A stretch of DNA of 64,000 bases. It comes from Lingula anatina. Taxonomy: Eukaryota; Animalia; Brachiopoda. Below, one piece after another: positions 1 through 14,100 of this stretch (the stretch's first letter is position 1; every line of letters starts with the position of its first letter). The stretch spans positions 43,406,401-43,470,400 of the forward strand of contig CM120641.1 of NCBI GenBank assembly GCA_051362555.1, in the 5' to 3' direction. The notes below the pieces were generated by a model. It was not told the DNA's origin and searched no databases. It worked only from the letters and a program-made list of their open reading frames with translations. Made by a program: the position numbers and the translations under genes.

Positions 1-925
1 AATGACCTTGAAATTGACCACCAGTTGGTGCTGTATTGGTTTCAGACTGAGTCCTGGTATATCCCAAATCTTTATATAACTAAGAAGTCCGAGGGCAGTG
101 CCTCCAGTGGGCTGTGGTCTCTACGGCAACCAGCTAACAAACATGGTCAGTGTTCCATATCACAGTGACTAACTTTACCAAGTGAGGATCGAATAATGAA
201 ATTGATAGGGCATCGCTATCAATAAAAGGGCTCAAGAGAACACTAAAAATACTTCTTTGGGATGAAAAACAGTGGAGGCTTTCATCCTACTTCAGTAACA
301 GAACTGGTGGGGGTGGATATGGAGTGATTGGAATGACACACTCCCTAAAAACCTAAAACCCCTCATTATTTTTATTCAAGATTTATCACCCTTATTAATA
401 AAACTGACAAGATTAATTGCAATAAATGTACATGATAATATTATATCTAACCACATGCTGGGAATTAAATCAAAATTAAGAGAGTTTTCATATTTGCATG
501 ACATACTTGGACTTCTTTGGACGTGGATGTCTTAAAGCACCATCAGAGTTGACCAATATTGACATTTCCTATGATATATTGCCATTTGCTTTTATAGTAA
601 TAGCTGATCTTGAGTCCTAAGTCTTATCTCAAACTGCTAAGGAAATTGAATTGCTTTCGTGTTAAAGTGGCCATGTTAGGTATCAGCCATCATAAAACAA
701 TCACATCAGTGTCACCCCCAACCCTCCCCATCCGACTGAGACAAAAGTGACCATTGATATTCCTCTGTAAACTACTACATGTCTCTCAATTATCAATCTT
801 GAATAGACTATTGGTTGAATAGTAAAATTTATATAAAATTGTATGCAATAAATATTAACTTATTTTATTATTCTACTGTAACTGTTTGGTCATATCCTTT
901 GTTTTAATGTGTAAAAACTAATATT

Positions 926-926
926 G

Positions 927-973
<47 letters not shown>
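926..973. repeat. (ATT)n microsatellite
   Basis: Direct tandem ATT run. Confidence 0.95.
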
Positions 974-974
<1 letters not shown>

Positions 975-1903
975 CACAGGCTGAGCAATTGATTATTCAA
1001 ACCTTATCACCGTAAGTCAAACTTTTTTCAAGTTAATTATTCTTAGAAAATATTAAAACATATTCTTTGTTTCAACCAAACCATGGAAATGTAAAAAAAA
1101 AATCATCCCTAATTGAAACTTGTACTCTAAATTAGTAATCATTATCTCACCACAATGTACTTAAACAGAAATTGAACCTCAACTCTAGGACCCAATACCA
1201 TAGTAACCCTAAACAAATATCTAAGAATATTGTAAATTAGTTCAATAAACAGTTCAGTCACTGAGTTTTTTTTATCAATATACGAAAAGCGTAGCTAAAG
1301 GGTGTCAGGAAATGTGTATTCTATGCCATGACAATATAAATATGTTTTAAAAACAATGCATCCATTACGTCAGAGAAATTTACGGTAATTACTGGATCTT
1401 TTCAATGGGGAAAATTATCAAATCTTTCATTTACATATATGGAGTTTTTAAAAATTATGCTCCTATGTGGCATTTGTGGTATAGAACAGAACTATAAAGT
1501 AGCCTGCTTTTCAATTTTGTTGCTACCACTCCATGGAAATGCTTTAAATTTAAGATTCTACACTATCTATAAAATTCACAATTTTCCCAACTGAAAGTTT
1601 GAGTCATTACTCTAGTTATAACTGGAAGCGCAGCAAGAAGAAAACCACCAAATGAAGCAATTTTCTTTTTACATTCTAGGAGAAGAAAGACAAGATAAGA
1701 GAGAGATCTGGAAATACATACAGACATTTCCATCATTTAATACAACAACTCAATTTTAAAAATACATCAGAACCATTAATATAAATATTATTGTATAATA
1801 AACAATCAAATGCATTAGAATTGCTATAATAAACGATATTGCACCAAAAACAATAAGAAAAATCAATACTTATTGAAACACATGGACAAAGCATCTGATC
1901 TTA

Positions 1904-4900
1904 CCTCAGACGTTATTTCACAGAATGTATAAATCATCACAGAGAGGAAAATCTTTTTCTGCCAACCTGCAAGACTGTTCACCTGAAAAGCAAAATCAGT
2001 GTAAAACATTGGGCCACAATGTTTCAGACAGAACCTCATTATGTGTTATTAAAAATAATAAAAATACTCTGTTCTGCAATTATGCCTGCTGAAAAAATGT
2101 GAAGTAGTGCTATCAATCTTATATAATATAAGAGTACTTGTATAAATTAGAATTGCTTAAATGTTAAGTAATCAAGTCATGTCTCCATTGTGGACCCAGG
2201 GTAATCCAATATACCCTAACCACTGACTCATCTGTAATACATCATGTCAAATCCTCCATGGTTTGCAAATGCAAGAAAAATAAAAGATGCTGAGAAAAAC
2301 AATCATCCTACTATACCTTCAAAATCTCTTGTGCCATTGCCAAAATGGAAAATCCTGTACACAACTTACCAATAACTATTAAGGCACCTGCCAATCACTT
2401 CTTCCAGATAAAAAACCTTCGAATTCTTAGAAACTAACCATTTTCAGATAAAATTGTAAAAGGAAATATTCAGCAGCGAAGTCAAATCTTAGAAATCATG
2501 ACATATATCATGTAACTGTGTACAGGTTTCCATCACATGAGAACATTCCTCTACCTGTCCAGGGTAGCTTCAATGTCTCCAGCAACGCTTTGTCCACAGG
2601 TAGACAGAGGGTAGTTAGTGGCTCAGGTGTGAACAACCTGGCCGCATTACTGGTGACAAGTGATAAAAACAACTGGGAAAACTTAAGCTGATTAATATAC
2701 AGGAAACAAAAGCTCAAGTAGATTAGTGGGTTTGGTAGTACTCGACTGGACAACCGCAGGAACCTGTGAGACTGCAACTTCTATTTCTTTTAACTGCAGG
2801 CCAGGACCACAATGGTTAACACTGCAATTACACTAAACCAAAATCTAATCCAGTCTTGGTACACGTCACCTTGGCACCAAGGTAAAACAATCATTAACAA
2901 TGAGTATCTGATATAAAAATCACATTGCAATGGCCAAGTATTGTCTCCCTGCATGGGGTAATGCATTCAACTTGATATCTTGCTGCATCTAGCACTGTTT
3001 TTAGTGAATCAGGTTTAGACCAACATCAAAAAACGGGGATAGTTGGAGTGTAGTTAATTATCTGGGTCTCCTTGGAGAATTTATGTGTGGGTCATTCCCT
3101 AATCAACCAGCAGACCACTCAATTCATGAATTAAGCAGAGGGTGGAGATAAATAAAACATATTTATGCTTGAAATAATTTCATTTAAATATTTTAGAAAG
3201 CAGCCTGAATGGCAAACTAATTTGAACCGAGACAGGCTCTAACACTTGACAAATTAAAAACATACTTTTGAAATCTTTTCCGAGAAAACAGTTTCACAAT
3301 AGGCAATTTTTTTACATTTTTTCTCATTACCATGCATCAACTTGTATGGCATGTGCATTATGCAAGAATGTTATTCATGGCCTCACATTTTAAGAATCCA
3401 TATTATTGTAAAAAAAATAATAAATAAAAAAAATAAAAAAAAGCATTCAAAACACCATTAATACTCTTAGACAGGTCTGTACAACATATCATCAAGTGCC
3501 CTTACTAAACTAAAATAAACTAACATATAATCTTAGGTAGACCTGGCTTCTAGTATGTACACTTACTTACATATAAAAAAATACAAGAACTCATAAAAGC
3601 TGAAAAGTTTTTTCCTTAACCCTACTCCTTTAATTCCCAATACCCATTAGAGTGCCTTTTGATGGCGTCAGCCAAAACAGTATTCCCATTCAACCTGAGG
3701 TGTAACATGCAACTCTGCTGAAAACTCCTCTAAATTTAAGGCTATATAAATTCAAATACATCCTTTTGGTATTGAATGAAAATCCAGTGTAGAAAAGACA
3801 CCTGTTAACTGGATACCCCATAGAAAGTATGGTGATATATTGGAACACTATTTGGTGCGCACAGACTTCCAAAAATAATTCTAATTTTTCAAGGTCATGC
3901 AATTTTAGAGACTTAGTTAAAAGTTGGTCAAATTGGGTCTTTAATTACAAGGTTACCACTTCAGCACCTCAATTTAATACGGCAAAATGAGTTTATTCTA
4001 GCATAGTCAATTTAGTCATTAGGAAAGAAATAATAATTTGGCTTAAGAGATACAAACCTTCTTAATATTTTTTTTTAATTTCAATATTTTTTCAAGTGTG
4101 TGCTATAAGAAGCACATTCCCTTTATTAAATCAAATTTGAATAAAAAATATACCCATCACAAAGTTCAAGTGTGCATTACAAAGTGTCAAGGAAAACTTC
4201 AGCACAGGAAACAGATGTGACATTACCAGCATGTGATAGCCTATAAATGTCAGAGACAATATATTTTTTCACTTAGCTGTCCTTTAAAAGGGGTCACCGA
4301 CATGTAGCTGAAACATCAGACATCTGATTATTATGTGTATGTTTTAACACTAAAATTTTAATGGAGATGATAATCCAATTTAATATTTATATATTAATGA
4401 CTGTTAGTTGGGAATAAAAGGCCGTTTCAAAACATTTAATAATGATGAACATAATGACATGCCACATGTGTCTTTTTAAGGAAAATGAAACAAAGTAAAC
4501 TTGAAAACCAAAACATACTATGAACAATTAAAAAAATTAATTAGGCACTGGATGCATGGAGCTCATCATATGTTCATCAGGTATGTACTATGCTATAAGA
4601 AGTAGAATGACACTGATAAAATATATTTGCTGCTGGCAGTTAAGTACATGTTATTGTCTGAGCGGTCTATTTCTTACACTCTTAATTAAAACCTTTTTTT
4701 ACATGTTTTATTGGAAAGAGCTCAAACAAAATTAAACCACACAAACTGAATAGAGTACTTTAATCTACTTATTGTAATGTTACTTTTATTAATAATGTAT
4801 TGTACAGTCTAATTTTTTTCCAAAATCTTTTAAAATCATTAATTATTAAATGTTTTATTGCAGGGAGATCAATCAAAATTAAACCACACCAAATGAACAT

Positions 4901-6070
4901 ACTTTTATCTATTCACACCTGAGTGATAGTAGAGATATACAGATATATTAAGGGTTCCAAGCAAAATATACCATGCAGCTATTTTGGTTGTATCCAGCTG
5001 GTTATATCTGTACCAGAGTGGTTATAAAGTTGGCCAATTTGGCTACAGTCAAATGCAAGCTAAATTCATATAATTTAGGTACTATTTTAGTATGGAACTG
5101 AACTGTTTTGATAGCATTACCAAGTTGATATCTTGTCGTGCCAGGTATTCTCCCAAGTTTGTCTAACTGCTTATAACATGTGTCAACATCAAAACTTCAA
5201 GTTAAAGTTAATTATATACATGAATCAACTAATTCAACTTCATTACTTCAAGGATTTACTGACGTCTTTGGCCCAAGTTTTCTGTTTCTAGAAACCCTAT
5301 ACAAGTTTGTTGTATTTGCTGAGTTTGCTAAAACCTCTAATATGATGAGTAAAATCAGAAAACTTGAAGAAGAGTACTGGAAGCAGAATATCCTGCCTAG
5401 AGACTAGAGTAGAATTAATTAATTCCATTATTTTTATGCATTAGTCCTCTTTTGCAAAACCCATCATTGCATAAAAAATTGGACTAGTTAGGAAACTGCA
5501 GACCACTTATATCTGCTGACCTGATAAGGGTGTTGATTTCATTCAACCAATGTAGATTCCGTTCAGCCAAGATAACCAAACTTTGCACTAAATGTAGTTA
5601 CTTTAAAAACACAACAATCAAGTTTAACAAGACTTTAAAACACTTCCAAATCTGACTTTAAGTCCACACTGACATAAATGATAATGGCTTATTTCACTTA
5701 CACAACGTAAACTTTGGGATATCCTGCATTTATTAGGTCCAGTTGTCTGCTCACAAACATACCGCCATCATGTTGACACACAGGGAGAGGTTGATTAATG
5801 AAATTTATGTACGCTTAAAAATATCGTCCTTAGTTTATTTTCATTCAATCCATCCTATAAAATGACACAATTGTACAAACTTTTATGCAGAAGCCTTGTT
5901 TTTTATCATTCGGGTTTTAGATTTTGATATTTTATCAACTGAGATAATTTACCTCTTTGAATAACAAGCTGCTCCTTGCATGCCCTTGACTTATTGACCT
6001 AATATAAGACGTCGCCGGTCGGGGAACTTCGCAACGTGTAGAAATCCATTCGGAACGAGTGGTACAAATC
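1904..6070 (-). other. Probable 5' (likely non-coding) exons of a gene continuing left of the window
   Basis: A CpG-enriched stretch at about 5952-6110 ends in a minus-strand donor (AAAGAG/gtaaat). A second exon-like block at about 1904-1983 has ttttcag/ and GAG/gtaag boundaries. No recognisable protein motif. Confidence 0.35.
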
Positions 6071-6356
6071 CTGGTCGAGTTTAACTTTGGGATTTTAGGG
6101 ACGAAAACGAGCATTCTTAAAGTCACTTTATATTTTCTTGTACATTTCTTCAATCACATTACAGTATTTCATGTTTATATAGGCATTTTTATGGTTTATG
6201 AATAACTGTCCCATCTGTCTCACCTGACACAATCAATAATTTCATTAACGTGACAATCATTGTCACAATCGAGTAAAAATCCACGACTTTCATTATATAT
6301 ATTTTGAATACTGCTCTTGCTGAATGGATTAAAGGCCTTCTTAATATAAACATTTG

Positions 6357-6359
<3 letters not shown>

Positions 6360-6441
<82 letters not shown>
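6360..6441. repeat. (TA)n microsatellite
   Basis: Long TA run with one interruption. It explains the IYIYIY ORFs. Confidence 0.95.
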
Positions 6442-6444
<3 letters not shown>

Positions 6445-6663
6445 ATTAAAAATTCAGATAAGTTCATTTATTGGGCATTCATATACATAATATTATCATA
6501 CATACAGTATGTACATTTATTTATACAAGGCTTGTTTTCAGATTGAAAAAAGAGCGTAAACATATTATGACTCTTCTGCTAAAAAGTTCACTTCAGTATC
6601 TGTTATAGTCAAGCACTGTAATGTCAATCATTATGGACGTCATGTCTGAAAAGATAAGGGAAA

Positions 6664-7301
6664 TCATTTCTTTTCCAGAGCTGCAGGTGATGAAACTGAT
6701 ATCCTCAAAGATTCATCGGTTAGCTGTTCCACAGAAACATTAGGGGTTGGTTGGTCCCCATTTGGCATCTTGCTGGCCCAGAAGTTCATTACTTTTTCTT
6801 TTACATCTGCATTTTCTTCTCTCCACTCTCTTTGCCACTGACGTAGTTCTTGAATCTCTGGCACTCTCCGGACCTGGGAGAAACAAGTATAAAATGTTTC
6901 AATGTTATTAATTAACAGGCTCTCAGGTGACAAGCCTCTCCGCATATAATAATGCACATTTAAAATCTTATCAAACATCTTTCTGAACAGTTTAGTATAA
7001 TATTCCCAATGATTACATTAAATACCCTATACTCTGAGTAGAACATTCATGTTTATTATAAACAAGAAAAAAAAAGGAAACCAAAGTCCGACAATAAATG
7101 ACATCTGATGTAAAAAAATGTGAGGTGCATACCAGGTATCCTCTCCATCCTGACTGCAGAACTATTGCAGCTTCCTCCTCAGACCACAGCAGTGACATTG
7201 GAAGTGGTGGGCGGGGGCTATGGGAAAGGAAGGAGAACAGTGTGTTGTGCAAGGGTAGATAGGGATTTCCATAACATCAACTTAAAATGTGCTTCTTAAC
7301 T

Positions 7302-7349
<48 letters not shown>

Positions 7350-9269
7350 TGCAATAACTAATTATTTTATTTACAACACAATGTTTTTCAGCTAGGGGAA
7401 AAAACGAATGAACATAAAGGTGTTATACCCTCTGAAATACAATATTTCCAAGGAATTATTTTTCCTATCATTTGCAGATCTTATGATATGTTCATAACCA
7501 ATAATGCTGATAACAAATGCAGTGGAAAACATATGGATATACTCACTGTTCCTTTAGCCACTGTTGCACAAAAGGTATATCTAATAAACCAAGTTCACTT
7601 CTTTCCTTTAAATGCTCTGGGTTTTTCCTAGAAAAGAGAAAGTTACTCTACACTTTTTTGGATTTTGAAGTTATTGACCAAATAAACTTACTACTAAAGA
7701 ACATCAACCATAATTGTAAAAACAATATGAGCAAGCCCTGTGAGCAATTCTCACTCTAGGTAGTGACTTGGTAGAGGACCCAATTATGCAGATGGTATCC
7801 CTAGTCCCTGCTGATGGCTTGTGCTCACATGTCAATCAATTCTCAATGACCTGTGTGCATTCAGCTTGATCATGCTGTTCTGACAAGAGCATAACATAGC
7901 TGTTTTGTATATATTGCATTTTCCTATGTATTACTAAGTGATCACCATCATTATAAAACGTTGCTCAATACAAAATCTTGGAACCATAAACAATCTAACA
8001 GAAAACCATAGTACTGTTTTAACACAGAAATGCTGCATGTTTATGAAAAGCTCCACTTACCTGTATAAATATTCTGTGAGATAATCTATAGCATTAAATT
8101 TTGTTCTTCTCCTCTGAAATTAAACAAATTTACACATTCACAATGTACATTTATGGACCTGATTACATTTTCTACAAAAATGAGATTTTGTACTTTAACA
8201 TATACATTTTAATGCAAAAGTATTAGTGAATAAAACTTGATAACACTTTTTAAAAAGAGATTAACATTATCAAATAAACAATTATTATTACCAATGCATT
8301 TTTCTCTAAGAAAACACTTCATTTATTCACTTTAATCCAAATCTCTCAAAAAATACCTACAAAGCAGAACATATACCAGTAGTTCTTTACCTCAAAACAT
8401 TTTTCTTTCTTAGCTTGCTTGAGCATCTCTTCTAAGGCAGGTAATAAAACAGGAAAAACATAATGTTCTAGATATTCTCTTGGAGGACCTATGCAGATAA
8501 ATGGAAATAACATATTTCATATTAAAAGAGGTTTATAAAATTTAATTGATACTGTGAAAGAATTTTAACTGTACAATGTGCACCATAATGCCATGTAATG
8601 CCATGCAAGATCTAATATGTAAAAGACTTGGAGTTTCAATGTTACATTAAAAAAAGATATCCATTTAATACTTCTTAAATTTTAAGAGATAATATCATAA
8701 AGAATAGATCCAGGGTCCTTACATGTCTTCTTATCAGGTGGAGCAGGTGGTGGAGGTGTTGCTGTCCTGGGAGGTTTGTCGACAAATGCATAACCCACTG
8801 TAGCTGGATGGGACTTGGAGGCATCAAATTCCTTCATTAAATCTATATCTTGTGTGCCCTGCATCTTGTGGTGCATTTTTCCATAGAAGACGGGCGTTAC
8901 TTTACTTGGGTCATAATTTCGATATTCTGTATGTGTGGATTCTGTATCGTCTTCTTTGAAAGGCGGTCTCATAGCTGCAAATTCTACATTAAAAGACAGG
9001 AGGAAAATTTATTATTAAATCTATCTACACCCCCCCCCCTTCTTCCAACTTTTTACTTCTAAGCCAAGCCGAAGTATTCCAAGGCATTTTTGCGTGAAAT
9101 CATGTCTTTTGTTTAAAAATTATAAAAGTCAACATTGATATTTTTACTAAGTAAACAGCCAAAAAGTTACGTGAGTTCATTTACAGCTTCTTAATAAACG
9201 AAAAATCTGCCTACCTTTGCATATTTCTTCCCAGATATTGGGCTCGGGAACCCTTGTTATTACGGACAT
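6664..9269 (-). CDS. IQCK: IQ domain-containing protein K (7 coding exons)
   Basis: Exons at about 9215-9269, 8723-8983, 8391-8488, 8061-8113, 7546-7628, 7133-7218 and 6664-6873 splice in frame. They give MSVITRVPEPNIWEEICK...CPPREYLEHYVFPVLLPALEEMLKQAKKEKCFERRRTKFNAIDYLTEYLY...PRPPLPMSLLWSEEEAAIVLQSGWRGYLVRRVPEIQELRQWQREWRE, which contains the IQ motif and the IQCK-typical dimerisation-like segment. Confidence 0.92.
7305..7346. repeat. (TA)n microsatellite
   Basis: TA run in an IQCK intron. Confidence 0.95.
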
Positions 9270-9600
9270 TTTGCTTCTTTGCTGAATACCGTATCACTCA
9301 CAAATTTATAACAAATCCGCTACGTATATAAGCCATAAAATTTACATATAATTATAAGCAACAGCGAATTGCATGCATCCCCATGAAATTTATATCTATT
9401 GTGGTGGGTAATTGTTTCAAATTGTGATTTAATCAGCATCTCTATATGAAAAAAACATAATAAATATGAACAGCGTAGGAATATTCAATGACTGCAGTTG
9501 CTATGAAGGTTTCAGTCTCCAAATAAGAAGAGCTAATGTGACAGCACACCGCTACAGAACACCAACCACAATCTCGTACATCACTACTTTAAGTAAACTT
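9270..9600. promoter_or_regulatory. Putative divergent promoter region IQCK/THA1 with X-box-like half site
   Basis: Lies between divergently oriented genes. GTTGCTATG near 9497 resembles an RFX X-box half site, and IQCK is cilia-associated. Confidence 0.4.
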
Positions 9601-10119
9601 TGCTTAGTCTACTTTTCTTAGTTTCGCTTTCTAAAAGTGCAGTTAGGCATGCTTTTAATAAAATTATTTTAATGTTTAATCAATGTCCTTCATATGATTT
9701 TCAGAAGCCTAAATTGTTCTCTTTAAAATATTGACAATTATACCTATGATGTAAAATCAGTATTGGGCTTAGGATAGTGTAAACTGGTACAAAGAACAAG
9801 TGGGACCCCTGTAGTACTTCTCTTATCTAATGAAGTATCTGTGCACAGGCAGGTCTCTAGCAAGTTGTACACCGTGTTTGTGCTGGGAGCAGTAGGTATA
9901 TTGTGCATGAGTAACTAACATCTTGTCTTTGATCAGAAGCCGGACAGGGGTACATGTACCGGGTACGTGGCTTGCATGATTGTACCGAGGGTGAGAGGAA
10001 AGCGGCCAGAGGAAAGCTGTGGATCGAGCCACTGTCCAGGAGCACCTTTCTCATACAAAAAATTGTGCCTGTGAGCTAAAACCAATGCATGCCAGAAGGC
10101 AACCTGTTTTTGTTATTTC

Positions 10120-10155
<36 letters not shown>

Positions 10156-10575
10156 TTCAGCTATAGACATGGACTTAACTTCAGATAGGCATTCCACGTT
10201 ATTAAATCCAAATTTAAGTACTTTTAAGTACATTGTAACTTCATGTGGAGAAAAGAACTCATTTGAAAAATTTTTGCTACGGTTATATATCGTTGCATTT
10301 TTAGAATCGGGTCACAGTAGGCACATTTTTAATTTTAATTTTTACTCTGCAAGAATAAAAACAATTCAAGCAAACATTTTTTAGAGGAATATAATTTATA
10401 TTAGTGTTATCTTTTAATAGTTTGACTGCATGAAGGGATCCATTAGTTCTTTTGCCTTGTCACTGACCTTGTACTCTTTGTACTGGATGGGTCGACTGTT
10501 CTTCTGGAGCCAATCTCTGACATAGACATGTTATAGTTTAACCTCACTTAATATAAATTTATTGTACACCGTCAA

Positions 10576-10782
10576 CAGGGCCGTAGCCTGAGCAAAATGC
10601 TAGGGGGGGGCAGTAAGCGGACACGACGGGGCGAAGCCCCCGAGGGGGGAGGGTGTGTGGAAAATTTTTAAAAACTGTATGTATAATACTGCATTCTGGT
10701 GCATTTTAACTGTTATTTATTGCTCAATCAGAATTTTTTTTTTTTGCCTTTGCGATTATTTTTTTTTTTTGCACCTCAAATT

Positions 10783-10818
<36 letters not shown>

Positions 10819-10843
10819 CTGCCCCCCGGAGGCTATGGCCCTG
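10576..10843. mobile_element. Non-autonomous DNA transposon (MITE), hAT-like ends, 5-bp TSD
   Basis: Ends CAGGGCCGTAGC...GCTATGGCCCTG are inverted repeats. GTCAA flanks both sides (10571-10575, 10844-10848). Internal G-runs. Confidence 0.85.
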
Positions 10844-11133
10844 GTCAAGGTTTCAGAAAGTTTCACGACAGCTCAAGTTTATAACAGATACTGGCAGTGA
10901 GCAGTACGTTCAACTCACATGGCTGAGCAGGAAAAATCTTGCAATGTATTGTAAACTACAAAATTTCGAGGAGGTGAAAATATTGTCCCCAAATGTTATT
11001 ATAATAATTGGGTAATGCATAAAACTATTGCAACTTAAAATTTTTATTTGATACTAACTATTGACCGTAAATAGCAGAAAATAAATTATCAACATATTTA
11101 AATTCCTATTTTCTATAATTTTTAATTTCAGAA

Positions 11134-14100
11134 ATGCTGAACATGGCTGTCCCAAGAAAATCATTGTTCCTGGTTTGCTCCATACCAAGAGCAGCATTCA
11201 GTACATCATCCAGGATACAGTACAGGTATACCCCAGTGGAGAAAGAGAAAACGGAGATAGATGTAGTAGACCTGCGTAGTGACACACTCACTCTCCCTAG
11301 TGACCAGATGAGAAAAGCCATGGCAGAAGCACATGTGGGAGATGATGTGTTTGGTGAAGATCCAACAATAAACGGTACATATTATTAATTTATGAGTGAC
11401 TGATATCATCGATGCTTTTCTTAATAAACAATGAAGATTTATATTTTTTGTAGCTTTTACAAATACAAATTTATCAATACTAAAGGGTCTTCAGAATGAA
11501 ATGAAAAAGTGAAAAACATGAATTGTTAAAAAAAAAAAACTCAAATTTTGTATTTGTATTTATATTTCAGCATTACAGAAGAGAATGGCAGATATCTTTG
11601 GAATGGAAGCATCAATATTTGTGCCATCAGGAACTATGGGAAATTTATGTTCTAGTAAGATATTTGTTTGCCCCATGTTTGTGCATCCAAATTCTGTTGT
11701 TTATAGCATAATCTTATCAAAACTGAAGCATGAAACCATGATGGTAAAACTTTGATATTTGATAACTGACATTAAAACCACTAGTAAAATTAATAATGTA
11801 GCATTAAAAAAGATACATCAAGTGCATTCTAGGATTTGGTTACTTAGGCCATATTTTATGGACAATTTTGGAAGAAAAAAGCCTGGGTATATAACATTTC
11901 TACTAAAGGTTATTGAGAGCGTATTTCAAATGTTTGTCTTCACATACAAAAAGAGGCTAAATGTCAGGACTCACTCACTCACTCACTCACTCACTCACTC
12001 AATGTACTTCTGGCTTGGGAGTTAACACCCTAGGCAAATGTATTTCACATGTATATATATGCCATTCCAAAGTTGACAACTTTAAATTTGCAAAGTTATC
12101 ATTGAAACAGGTATGCCAAAACATTTACTAGTAGATGATATTTGTCAAACATGCATTATACATTTCCAGCTTATTACTATTTTTTAATTATGATATATTT
12201 TTGTTGTTGTCTTTTCTAGTTCTTTCCCACTGCCAGAGACGAGGCACTGAGGTGCTGATGGGGGACCAGTGTCATGTTTTCTATTATGAACAAGGGGGCA
12301 TAGCCCAAGTCAGTATTAATCATATTATTCATACAATTTTAATGCAGTCAATCCAGTAACAAGATGATATCTTAAATGTTCTTTATTATTTCAAAATTCA
12401 ACAAATAAAAGACCTTACCGTTTATCATTCAGTAAAATTTTCATTAAGTATTAAAAATCTATTATTTATTTTAAATTATTTATGCTCATTGCTGAAGTAC
12501 CTTACTGATGTAACACTGTAAAGTTATCAAGTGACAGACATTCTTTTAAGGGTCTGCAAATGATGAAAACATTTGCATATTTAAGTTAGAGCGCAGCATT
12601 GTCCATTGGCTTATATGTGTATAGGTTTTTAACTCCTGAATTAACACTTCAATATAAGTAACAGTTCATGAAATGAGAAGCAGTTAAAATAAGCTTTCTA
12701 TTGATACGCAACATGTTGATATATCTTGGTCGGTTAAGAAGATAGCCACCCTGTTATTCTCATCTTCAATTTGCTGTTGCAGTTAATCCAGATTACAGTA
12801 AGCCATACAAGAGAAAAAAAAATCTCATTTTGACAAAGAAAATGTAAAATATTACACTGTTTTGCCATAATATTAATTCATCATTGATTTGGCTAAATAT
12901 TATCGAGATATTTGAGATATTTGAATTCCTTTCAGTTTGGAGGACTTACTCCAAGAACACTCACCAATCTGCCTGATGGAACCTTTGACTTAGATGAAGT
13001 AATTCATAAAATCAGGGATGCAGATGACGCCCACCAGCCAAGGACAGGAGTCATTTGTCTTGAAACCACACACAACAGGTGTGGAGGAAAAGCCATTCCA
13101 TTAGAATTCATGCAACAGGTAATAATTAATTAAAAACCATCTTCTGATTGAGGCAATCAATTGGTTTAAGCTTTAGATATAACACTTGCAATTGACAACT
13201 TCATCTTTTTTACACATTGATACAGACGTCTGAGGTGTGATGCAATCTATTTTTGGATAATTTTTATTTTAAGTTGGATTAATTTTCAGTTCATTTTATT
13301 TTTTAAAGGTCAATTTGCATACAGCTGGCTTAAATATCTTCACTATAAACTTGGCAATAAAAGGCACTTGACCTTATATTTAGAGCCATCTTGGGGGAAA
13401 ATGGTCTGGACCAATCACCTCCCCCTTCCATCTGGGGTCAATTTTTTGTATATTTTTGAACCATTAGCCATGAGACAGTGAATTAACAGATGTACCTAAT
13501 GTTCTAGATCAAGGGAATAGCAACTGCCAATGAGCTTAAAGTCCACTTAGATGGAGCAAGACTATTTAATGCAGCATTGGCACTGAATGTACAGCCATCA
13601 GATATTCTGAAACATGTTGACTCTGTTTCTATGTGTTTTTCAAAGGTGAGCTTTTAATTAGACATAGATCCTTCCCACTTATTTTAAGCTACATCTGGAC
13701 ATTAAAGGTTCAACTGTTTTTTTTTTTAATTGATTTTTACATCTGGAAACATTTTGCTGGGTTTTGTCATTTTCTACTTGGTTTATCGAAATTATCGTGC
13801 ATTTAACATTTGATGCTTCCAGTGCATATGAGGCAAAATTAAGTTATGAATAATGTACTACATAGACTAGTGGTGGCTGAATATAGTATTTCACATTAAA
13901 AAATTGGGCTGAAATCCAAACTTATATTTTTCTGTATCTATAGATTATATTCAAACTTCAGTTCTCAATTTTAGGGTCTTGGTGCACCAGCTGGCTCAAT
14001 TGTAGCAGGAAGTGCAGAATTTATTTATAAGTAAGAACTGTTCTAGCAGCATTTTAAAAGACTGCCTATAACTTTTAGGCTTTGGTGGTTACAATGCAGT

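Noticed and set aside
6189-6546. ORFs rich in IYIYIY
   Set aside because: These are translations of a (TA)n microsatellite.
7728-7835. Possible hairpin or snoRNA in an IQCK intron
   Set aside because: Only weak terminal complementarity, and no convincing C/D or H/ACA boxes.
9780-10490. Possible inverted ends (gtacaaagaacaag / cttgtactctttgtac) around a GC-richer block
   Set aside because: The match is short and gapped with no TSD, so an element cannot be defined.
10655-10900. Poly-Gly ORFs
   Set aside because: They come from the G homopolymer inside the MITE.
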